DNA of 64,000 nt from an uncultured Alphaproteobacteria bacterium (GTDB lineage: Bacteria; Pseudomonadota; Alphaproteobacteria; ATCC43930; CGMCC-115725), in the NCBI GenBank assembly GCA_963773665.1, contig CAVZBZ010000004.1, positions 275,430-339,429 on the forward strand, written 5' to 3'. Shown here piece by piece: positions 57,311-64,000 of this stretch (its first letter is position 1; each line of letters opens with the position of its first letter). The notes beneath the pieces are model-generated. The model made no database searches. It had not been told where the DNA came from and saw only the letters and a list, made by a program, of their open reading frames with translations. The translations under genes were made by a program, and so were the position numbers.

Positions 57311-58108
57311 TCATCCGTCGAGCCGGACCATGACGGGGACGTGGTCGGACGCCTTGTCCCAGCCGCGCACCGCGCGATGCACTTCGGCCGCGCCGAGATG
57401 CGGCTGCAATCCGGGCGTGACCCACACGTGATCGAGCCGGCGGCCGCGGTCCGAGGCGGCCCAGTCGCGATTGCGATAGCTCCACCAGGTGTAGAGCCGC
57501 TGCTCGGGTGGGACGAAGTGGCGCACCGCATCGACGAACTCGGCCGAAGCCTGAAGCTGGGCCAGTTTCTTCACCTCGACCGGCGTGTGGCTGACGACGG
57601 CGAGGAGCTGCTTGTGCGACCAGACATCGGTTTCGAGCGGCGCGATGTTGAGGTCGCCCACCAGCACCATCGGCTTTTGCGCCTTGCGCCTGCCGCGGAA
57701 CCAGCGCGTCAGCTCGTCGAGAAAGCGCAGCTTGTGCGCGAATTTCGGGTTCTCGTCGGGATCGGGAATGTCGCCGCCGGCGGGCACATAGACATTGTGC
57801 AGCTCGACCCCGCCCGGCAGCTCGGCGATGGCGTGGCGGCAATCCTCGCGCTCGCACCAATGCTCGACGCGCGCGTTCTTGAGCGGCACGCGCGACAGGA
57901 TGGCGACGCCGTTATAGCTCTTCATGCCGTGGAAATGCTGATGCCGGTAGCCCAGCGCCTCGATCTCGGATTTGGGGAAGTGCTCGTCCGGCGTCTTCGT
58001 CTCCTGGAGGCAGAAGACGTCGGGCTGGAACTCGGCGACGATGCGGCGGACGTTGTCGATGCGCAGCCGCACCGAGTTGATGTTCCATGTGAGGATCGAA
58101 AGGGACAT
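57311..58108 (-). CDS. xthA: exodeoxyribonuclease III
   Basis: MSLSILTWNINSVRLR...FCLQETK...GDLNIAP...SDHVPV. Confidence 0.95.
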   Translation of the reverse strand: MSLSILTWNINSVRLRIDNVRRIVAEFQPDVFCLQETKTPDEHFPKSEIEALGYRHQHFHGMKSYNGVAILSRVPLKNARVEHWCEREDCRHAIAELPGGVELHNVYVPAGGDIPDPDENPKFAHKLRFLDELTRWFRGRRKAQKPMVLVGDLNIAPLETDVWSHKQLLAVVSHTPVEVKKLAQLQASAEFVDAVRHFVPPEQRLYTWWSYRNRDWAASDRGRRLDHVWVTPGLQPHLGAAEVHRAVRGWDKASDHVPVMVRLDG

Positions 58109-58206
58109 CGGAGGCCACACACATGCGTGAGGAAGAGGGCCGCTACCAGATCATAGTCCCAGGAAACGCGCCCGCGGCATTAGCAGGTCTCCAGCCCCCA
58201 AGCCCC

Positions 58207-58548
58207 TCAGGCGGCGCGCAGCACGAAATCGACATGCACTTCGTCGTAGGGAAAGACGATCCGCCCATCGTCAACGCGGTCGAGAACGCCAGACTTGAGA
58301 AGCGCCTGTAAGTCACCGTGGACGGATTTCACGTCGCGGTCCACCCGGCGCGCGACTTCGCGAACCGCGATCGGTCCGGCCCCGGTCATCGCGCGCAACA
58401 CCTCCCATCGTTTCGGCGTGATCACTTTCCACAGCAACTCGGCTGATGCGAAGCCGATGAAGGCCCGCTGTTTTTGGCCCTCAAATGCGCGGCGCATTCT
58501 CGCTTTGGTATCGTCCACGGAGGAAATGCCTATCGTCACCGTGGTCAT
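58207..58548 (-). CDS. HTH DNA-binding protein, putative antitoxin (TumA / HVO_A0114-like)
   Basis: MTTVTIGISS...LLWKVITPKRWEVLRAMTGAGPIAVREVARRVDRDVKSVHGDLQALLKSGVL. The ATG overlaps the upstream stop (ATGA). Confidence 0.6.
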   Translation of the reverse strand: MTTVTIGISSVDDTKARMRRAFEGQKQRAFIGFASAELLWKVITPKRWEVLRAMTGAGPIAVREVARRVDRDVKSVHGDLQALLKSGVLDRVDDGRIVFPYDEVHVDFVLRAA

Positions 58549-58829
58549 GAGGGCCTCCACATCTCGATCTCGTCCCAGAAATCCGCCACGAGCTGCGTCA
58601 AGCTCGTGAAGGCATAGCTCACTTCTTCAACTCCGACGTGCTTGTGATCGCCCTTTCCAGTTTCATTGTCGAAACGCAGCACGCACACCTCGTCAACAAT
58701 GAAGGCCAGGCGGTACTTGAACCCATGCACGCTTCCCGATACCGGGCTGGGCAGCTGCCAGATTACCATATCGGCGAACCGCCCTTCGCTTACGATCCGC
58801 CTTTCGCGAAGCAACAGCCGGACCTTCAT
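58545..58829 (-). CDS. TumE / DUF6516-like putative toxin (intact copy)
   Basis: MKVRLLLRERRIVSEGRFADMVIWQLPSPVSGSVHGFKYRLAF...FDNETGKGDHKHV...YAFTSLTQLVADFW. The start is chosen by colinearity with the paralog at 20577. The track start is 58889. Confidence 0.6.
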   Translation of the reverse strand: MKVRLLLRERRIVSEGRFADMVIWQLPSPVSGSVHGFKYRLAFIVDEVCVLRFDNETGKGDHKHVGVEEVSYAFTSLTQLVADFWDEIEMWRPS

Positions 58830-58847
58830 GTTGGTATTTATACCAAC
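58830..58847. promoter_or_regulatory. perfect 7-4-7 palindrome GTTGGTA-TTTA-TACCAAC abutting the toxin ATG; candidate operator with an embedded -10 box
   Basis: On the coding strand it reads GTTGGTATAAATACCAAC, immediately followed by ATG. The TATAAA lies 8 nt from the start codon and there is no Shine-Dalgarno sequence. Confidence 0.4.
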
Positions 58848-58918
58848 AGCGATAACCCGGTCAACGCCGGAAACGGCGTTCCAACACATGGGATTGGGAC
58901 AAGAAAATCGGCATTAGA

Positions 58919-59464
58919 CTAGAACACGAAGAGCGTATCCCCGACAACACCGAGCGGCCAGCGGCCGCCGCCGAAGAGCCGGAATTTCGCGGCAAAGGCG
59001 TGCGCCGCGCCGACAGCGGCCGCGCGCGCCAGCGCGGCCTGGTGGCACGCTTGCGCCGCGGCACCCGAGGCGACGCGCGCCAACGCCTCGTCCGCGACTT
59101 GGGCGCGCGCCAGCGCCATAGCGGCAGCGCCGTTCAAGGCTCCGGCCGCCAGCATGACGCGGCTCAAGCCTTCGAGGAGGGCGACATCGCCGAAGCGCGC
59201 AGACGCTTCCGACTTGAGCCGGGATTCGGCGGCGCTTTCGGCATCCCACCAAGCGCGGCTCCAATCCAGGCGCTGCGTCAGATGCACCGCCTCGCGCCAG
59301 TCCGCGACCGGCGCCAGCGCGATCCCGGCAAAGCCCAAGGCGCCCGCCAGAAGCCGCGCGTCGATCCGCTCGCTTTCCGCCAGCTCCTCGCCGCAGGCGG
59401 CGAACCAGGCGGCCTGGGCGATCTCGGCGATGATTTCGCCGATCGCCGCGTCGAGGCCGCTCAC
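58919..59464 (-). CDS. hypothetical Ala-rich protein, translationally coupled to the diiron oxygenase-like gene
   Basis: The GTG start overlaps the upstream stop (GTGA). 181 aa. I recognise no family. Confidence 0.5.
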   Translation of the reverse strand: MSGLDAAIGEIIAEIAQAAWFAACGEELAESERIDARLLAGALGFAGIALAPVADWREAVHLTQRLDWSRAWWDAESAAESRLKSEASARFGDVALLEGLSRVMLAAGALNGAAAMALARAQVADEALARVASGAAAQACHQAALARAAAVGAAHAFAAKFRLFGGGRWPLGVVGDTLFVF

Positions 59465-60168
59465 GCCGCCTCACGCACCTCGGGCAGCTTCAGGTGGAGA
59501 TGATCCTCGACCAGCGCGCGGGCGCGGCCGATGAAGTCCGCGCGCATGTCCGCATTGGTGTGCTGCTTGATGCCCCATTTGCGGAAGAGCGCGTTGTTGG
59601 CGGACTCGTTCCGGCCGAAGAACGGCGGCAGCAATGGGAAATAGCGGTCGATCGCGTCCTGCACCTTGGCGCGGCCTTCCGCGGTCCGGCACAGCTCGGT
59701 GCAGAAATCCTTGCCGAACTGGGCATGGAATTTCTCTTCCGGCATGGTGACGCGCGCGAGGTTGCGGAGCGGCTGGAAGCTGCAATGATTCAAGTCCTCG
59801 ACCTGGATGATCTCGGCGAGATCGGCCAGGAGCTTGATGACGCAGAATTCCTCCCACGTCTTCAGCGGGAACTCGAAGATCGAGAGCGGGCGGCGGCCTT
59901 TGGGCGTCATCTCATCTTCGGACAAGCCGATCTGGCGGCCCAATTCGCGGAAGCGCACGTGATGGCCGTATTCCTCCATGGCGACGCGGCAGGTGAGCCA
60001 CTTCGCATAGGGCGTCGGCGCCAATGCGATCGCCGGCTCGTCGAACACCTGCGCGCCGTAGAGCTCGTTCACCGCGTGGCTGCGCACGATCTTGCGCACT
60101 GCCGTCTGGTAGTCCTCGGGCGCGGCGTTGAAGGCTTCGACGTTGGCGATGGTCTTGGCGGCGGGCAT
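59461..60168 (-). CDS. ferritin-like diiron protein of the PaaA/phenylacetate-catabolic-protein family
   Basis: MPAAKTIANVEAF...VAMEEYGHH and PEEKFHAQFG supply two ExxH motifs. Internal ATG of ORF 59461..60507. Confidence 0.65.
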   Translation of the reverse strand: MPAAKTIANVEAFNAAPEDYQTAVRKIVRSHAVNELYGAQVFDEPAIALAPTPYAKWLTCRVAMEEYGHHVRFRELGRQIGLSEDEMTPKGRRPLSIFEFPLKTWEEFCVIKLLADLAEIIQVEDLNHCSFQPLRNLARVTMPEEKFHAQFGKDFCTELCRTAEGRAKVQDAIDRYFPLLPPFFGRNESANNALFRKWGIKQHTNADMRADFIGRARALVEDHLHLKLPEVREAA

Positions 60169-60184
60169 GGGCTTTCCCTTTCGT

Positions 60185-61114
60185 TCAGAGAACAGGCTCC
60201 GAGCCGAAGGCTTCGAGATCGGACGACAGCGGCAGGAAATGCGGCGCGAGCGTATGGGCGACGGTCTCCCCGATCTTCGCGCGGTCGGGCAGAACGGTGC
60301 GCACGGATGGCCTCGGCTGCGAGAACAGCATGAGCTCGCGCCCGCGCACGCCGAACAATTGGCCCGACACGTGGAGCGATTCGGGCCCCGCGAGCCAGGC
60401 GACGAGATCTGCCACCGGCTGCGCCGGCACTTTGAGCGCGTGCGCTTTGTAGGCTTCCTGGGTCGGGTTCTGCGGCTTGATGCTCTCGGTGACGCGGGTC
60501 GCGGCAAAGGGCGCCACCGCGTTGCACGTGACCTTGGTGCGCGCCATGTCGAGCGCCACGACGCGCGTCAATCCCAGGAGCCCGGCCTTGGCGCTGGCAT
60601 AGGCCACTTGGCCGAAATTGCCGTAGAAACCCGCGGTCGAGACGATGTTGACGATGCGGCCCCAGTTGTAGTCGCCGCCGCCGCCGCGCCCCGATTTCTG
60701 CTGCTCGCGCATCACCGGCGTCGCCGCGGCGAGCACATAGAAGGGCGCCGAAAGATTGGTGCGGAGCGCCGCTTCCCAGTCCATCGGGTCGGCGCGGAAG
60801 ATGAACGCATCGCGCAGGATCGCGGCGTTGTTGACGACGATGTCGATGCCGCCGAATTTTTCCACCGCAAGAGCGACCGCGGCGGCGGCGGCCGAGGGGC
60901 TCGCGATGCTTTCGCTAAACGGGACGGCGCGCGGGCCGAGCGCCTTTGCCACGGCGGCCGCGACGCGCGGATCGGCACCGTCGCCGCGCATGTCGGTTCC
61001 GGAATCGGCGACGATGACCGCCGCTCCTGCAGCGTGAAGCGTCTCGGCGATCGCCCGCCCGATGCCCCGTCCGGCGCCGGTGACGAGCGCCACCCGTCCG
61101 TCGAGCGCGCCCAT
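60185..61114 (-). CDS. SDR-family oxidoreductase (MFE-2-type hydroxyacyl-CoA dehydrogenase-like)
   Basis: TGAGRGIGRA, NNAAILRD, YASAKAG. Confidence 0.85.
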   Translation of the reverse strand: MGALDGRVALVTGAGRGIGRAIAETLHAAGAAVIVADSGTDMRGDGADPRVAAAVAKALGPRAVPFSESIASPSAAAAAVALAVEKFGGIDIVVNNAAILRDAFIFRADPMDWEAALRTNLSAPFYVLAAATPVMREQQKSGRGGGGDYNWGRIVNIVSTAGFYGNFGQVAYASAKAGLLGLTRVVALDMARTKVTCNAVAPFAATRVTESIKPQNPTQEAYKAHALKVPAQPVADLVAWLAGPESLHVSGQLFGVRGRELMLFSQPRPSVRTVLPDRAKIGETVAHTLAPHFLPLSSDLEAFGSEPVL

Positions 61115-61266
61115 GTCAGACCTCCCGCAGGGTCATTGGCCCGCTATCCACTATACGCCTCGCCGTCCGGCCGGCAAATCAGCATGAATACCAATTATCA
61201 GCAATACGAACAGTTGTCAACCTCATCCGGGTTGCGCCGCAGCGGCGGGCGAGCCAGATTGGCGCC

Positions 61267-62433
61267 ATGGCTTCTCTCCGTGAGCACAAACTTGCGCCGC
61301 TCAAGCGCCCACCCTTCGAGGACGTCGTGCTGCTGTTGCAGGGCGGCGGCGCGCTCGGTGCCTACCAGGCGGGCGTGTACGAGGCGCTCGCCGAGGCCGG
61401 GCTGCATCCCGATTGGGTCGCCGGCATTTCGATCGGCGCGATCAACGCCGCGATCATCGCCGGCAATCCGCCGGAGACGCGCGTCGAGAAGCTCAAGTCC
61501 TTCTGGGAGGGACTCACCGCGTACTCCGCCTGGGATTATCTCGCCGATCCGTTGGCCCGCTTCGCGCGCGGCACCGACGCGCGCATCTTCGTCAATCAGT
61601 TGAGCGCCAACACGACCGTTATGGCGGGGGTGCAGGGATTCTTCGCGCCGCGCTTTCCCAATCCGTGGACCCAGCCGCGCGGCAGCGTCGAGGCGACGAG
61701 CTATTACGACACCTCGTCCCTCAAGGGCACGCTCGAGCGGTTCGTCGATTTCGACCGCATCAATCGCGCCGATGCAATGCGCTTTTCAGTGGGCGCGGTC
61801 AATGTGCGCAGCGGCAATTTCACTTACTTCGACACCCGCACGCACCGCATCGCGCCCGAGCACGTGATGGCGTCGGGCTCGCTGCCGCCCGGCTTCCCCG
61901 CGACCGAGATCGAGGGCGAGCACTATTGGGACGGCGGTCTCGTCTCGAACACGCCGCTGCAGTGGGTGCTGCAATACGGCCCGCGCCGCGACACGCTCGC
62001 CTTCCAGGTCGATCTGTGGAGCGCGCACGGCGACTTCCCCGAGAGCATGGCCGAGGTGACGACGCGGCAGAAGGAGATCCTCTATTCGAGCCGCACGCGC
62101 GAGAACACCGAGCGCTTCAAGGGCATGCAGCACATCCGCCATGCCACGGCGAAACTGCTCGACGCGGTTCCGCCCGAGGCGCGGCAGTCGCCGGAATACG
62201 CGTTCCTCGCCGACTATGCCGACCACAAGGTCTACAGCATCGTCGAGCTGATCTATCACGCACACCACTACGAGGGCGACTCCAAGGACTATGAGTTCTC
62301 GCGCCTCAGCATGGAGGAGCATTGGCGCACGGGATACAGCGATACCGCCCGCACGCTGCGCCATCCGGCGTCGCTGGCGCGGCCCAAGAGCGGCGACGGG
62401 CTCGCCCTCTTCGACATCCACGATTACGACTGA
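61267..62433 (+). CDS. patatin-like phospholipase
   Basis: GGGALGAYQAG (oxyanion hole), GISIGA (GxSxG), DGGL (catalytic Asp), and a long C-terminal extension. Confidence 0.9.
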   Translation: MASLREHKLAPLKRPPFEDVVLLLQGGGALGAYQAGVYEALAEAGLHPDWVAGISIGAINAAIIAGNPPETRVEKLKSFWEGLTAYSAWDYLADPLARFARGTDARIFVNQLSANTTVMAGVQGFFAPRFPNPWTQPRGSVEATSYYDTSSLKGTLERFVDFDRINRADAMRFSVGAVNVRSGNFTYFDTRTHRIAPEHVMASGSLPPGFPATEIEGEHYWDGGLVSNTPLQWVLQYGPRRDTLAFQVDLWSAHGDFPESMAEVTTRQKEILYSSRTRENTERFKGMQHIRHATAKLLDAVPPEARQSPEYAFLADYADHKVYSIVELIYHAHHYEGDSKDYEFSRLSMEEHWRTGYSDTARTLRHPASLARPKSGDGLALFDIHDYD

Positions 62434-62451
62434 GCCGGACCCTAAAACGAG

Positions 62452-62482
62452 GGCGCCCGGTCAGGGGGGATGACCGGGCGCC
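62452..62482 (+). terminator. 12-bp perfect stem hairpin downstream of the patatin gene
   Basis: ggcgcccggtca-gggggga-tgaccgggcgcc, 19 nt after the stop codon. There is no U-tract, so rho-independent function is uncertain. Confidence 0.45.
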
Positions 62483-62624
62483 GGAAGTCCCCGCGGAGGG
62501 GGAGCCCAGCACGGTGGCCGGGCCGCCGGCTAGCGCCGGCCGCTTCTGTTACACGTAATTAGGAACGGTCCCGCGCGGCAAAAACCGGGATAAATGCATG
62601 GCGGGCCCGCGCCGATGGCATGGA

Positions 62625-63548
62625 TTACGCGCGCAGGCTGTCCCCGACCAGATCGGCACAGCGCCGCGGTTGCTCCGAAATGAGGAGATGGCCGGCGCCG
62701 CGCACCTGCACGAGATGCGCGTTGGGCATTTGCGCCGCCAGTTCCGGCAGCGCGCTCGAGACCCAATCGTTGTCCGGCATCGCCGGATCGCCGCCGATCA
62801 GCGTTACCTGGCGCGTCACTGCGGCAAGGCGCGGCCAGGTATCGGCGTCCGACTGGCTCTTGAAGATGAAGCTCTCGATCTCGGGCGGACAGCAGAGACG
62901 GAAGCCGCCGCCTTGCGCCGGACGAAGCGTCGCGCGGCAATGCGCCTCGAGCATATCCCGATCGAAGCGGGCGAACATACCGCGGCCCTTGAGCCGTTCG
63001 GCAAGCGCGTCGGGGCTCGGCCACTCCGCGCGGCGCTTCAGCGTGCCGGCGACGAGACGCTGCTGCTTCTCGACCGCCTCGGCGCGGGCGGCTGATCCGG
63101 CCGGCGGAAAGATCGGCGGCTCGAACGCCGTGAACGAGCGCCAGTCCGGCGCGCGGCCGAGCGCAAGGAGACGCAGCGCCGCGGCCGCGCCGAGCGAATG
63201 GCCGACATACGCCACCTGCGCCACGCCCGCCTCGGCTGCGACGCGGCGTGTCAGATGGACGAGATCGTCGGCGATGCGGTCGACGGCGAAGACGGTCTCG
63301 ACCGGCCCGCCGGGCCACGTCGATCCGCCGTGCCCGCGCGCGTCGAACGCGAAGACGCGCGCTTGCGCCGCGAGCATGCGCAGCCATGGCTCGTAGGATC
63401 CCGCCGCCATGCCGTTCGCATGGCCGAAGAGCAGCACCGGCCCGTCCTCGGGCCCGTCGATGCGATAGACCGGCAACTGAGCGCCATCCGGCATTGCGAC
63501 CGTGATGACGGCGTCGGCGTCGGCGAGCGAGCAAAAGGCGGGAGTCAT
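62625..63548 (-). CDS. alpha/beta hydrolase
   Basis: LLFGHANG...YVGHSLGA (GxSxG)...GAGHLL. Confidence 0.85.
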   Translation of the reverse strand: MTPAFCSLADADAVITVAMPDGAQLPVYRIDGPEDGPVLLFGHANGMAAGSYEPWLRMLAAQARVFAFDARGHGGSTWPGGPVETVFAVDRIADDLVHLTRRVAAEAGVAQVAYVGHSLGAAAALRLLALGRAPDWRSFTAFEPPIFPPAGSAARAEAVEKQQRLVAGTLKRRAEWPSPDALAERLKGRGMFARFDRDMLEAHCRATLRPAQGGGFRLCCPPEIESFIFKSQSDADTWPRLAAVTRQVTLIGGDPAMPDNDWVSSALPELAAQMPNAHLVQVRGAGHLLISEQPRRCADLVGDSLRA

Positions 63549-63583
63549 GACCGGCCGGGCGCGGCGCAGCTATACTGGCGGCG

Positions 63584-64000
63584 ATGAAGGGCGAAGTGCC
63601 TTCGAGCGCGAGCGAACGGACGGCGAAGCCGCGCGCCGTCCGCTTGGGATTTCTCGACACGCTCATCGGCTATCACCTGCGCCGCGCGCAGGTCGGCCTG
63701 TTCCAGCATTTCGCGCGCACCGTCGGCCGCGCCGGGGTGACGCCGGGGCAACTCGGCGCCGTCGCCACGATCGGCGCCAATCCCGGCTTGAGCCAGACCC
63801 GGCTCGGCCGCGCGCTCGGCATCGACCGCTCGACCATGGTGGGATTGATCGACGGGCTCGAGCGGCGCGGCCTGGTCGTGCGCGAGGCGTCGCCCAACGA
63901 TCGCCGCTCGCACGCGCTCCGCCTTTCCGGCAAGGGCGCGGAGCTGCTGGGCCGGCTCGAGGATGCGGCGCGGGCGCACGAGAGCGAATGGGCCGCGACG
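63584..64000 (+). CDS. MarR-family transcriptional regulator (3' end beyond the window)
   Basis: Absent from the track because it has no in-window stop. My translation reads MKGEVPSSASERTAKPRAVRLGFLDTLIGYHLRRAQVGLFQHF...LSQTRLGRALGIDRSTMVGLIDGLERRGLVVREASPNDRRSHALRLS.... Divergent from the hydrolase gene. Confidence 0.75.
   Translation, partial: MKGEVPSSASERTAKPRAVRLGFLDTLIGYHLRRAQVGLFQHFARTVGRAGVTPGQLGAVATIGANPGLSQTRLGRALGIDRSTMVGLIDGLERRGLVVREASPNDRRSHALRLSGKGAELLGRLEDAARAHESEWAAT

Noticed and set aside
61184-61270. Short reading frame MNTNYQQYEQLSTSSG... upstream of the patatin gene
   Set aside because: It is the tail of a long off-frame ORF (60128..61603) that is antisense to the SDR gene. 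It runs out of frame into the patatin gene and has no RBS.
1-64000. CRISPR arrays, rRNA and tRNA genes
   Set aside because: I noticed no short-period direct repeats with unique spacers, no T-loop (GGTTCGAATCC-like) motifs outside coding frames, and no rRNA-like conserved stretches while reading both strands.

Overview
High-G+C chromosomal segment, probably from an alphaproteobacterium. The hints are an RpoH-type sigma factor, branched-chain-type ABC transporter sets and a Bradyrhizobiaceae-style REP palindrome. Most of the window is ordinary metabolism and transport. It holds a DUF3311/Na+-solute symporter pair, a LivFGMH-type ABC system with two MetE-like genes, and a large CoA-dependent aromatic/organic-acid catabolic cluster at about 25-40 kb. 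It also holds fhs plus 5-formyl-THF cyclo-ligase, PBP1A, rpoH, xthA, and a ribA/PTPS-like/glycosyltransferase cluster. I saw no rRNA, tRNA or CRISPR.

The stand-out region is a compact low-G+C island at about 4.6-8.4 kb. It carries an uncharacterised soluble-protein/multi-TM-protein pair that was translationally coupled before an IS5-family element (perfect 18-bp inverted repeats) inserted at their junction. The island also carries an orphan gamma-class N6-adenine methyltransferase and a convergent, overlapping stand-alone Mrr_N-like winged-helix gene. I rank this island as the best candidate for an undescribed, defence-like system.

Other points of interest:
- Two paralogous TumE/DUF6516-like plus HTH modules, one of them frameshifted. 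Each has its own perfect palindrome with an embedded TATAA box.
- A tri-domain adenylase/carrier/acyltransferase protein.
- An eroded ribA/CDP-alcohol-transferase/PTPS-like/GT4 cluster.
- Nine single-nucleotide frameshifts in genes that otherwise look intact, which suggests assembly indel errors or very recent decay.

All calls come from reading the translations and the DNA. No database search or numeric composition calculation was possible. Many long ORFs in the supplied track are antisense or off-frame artefacts of the high G+C content.
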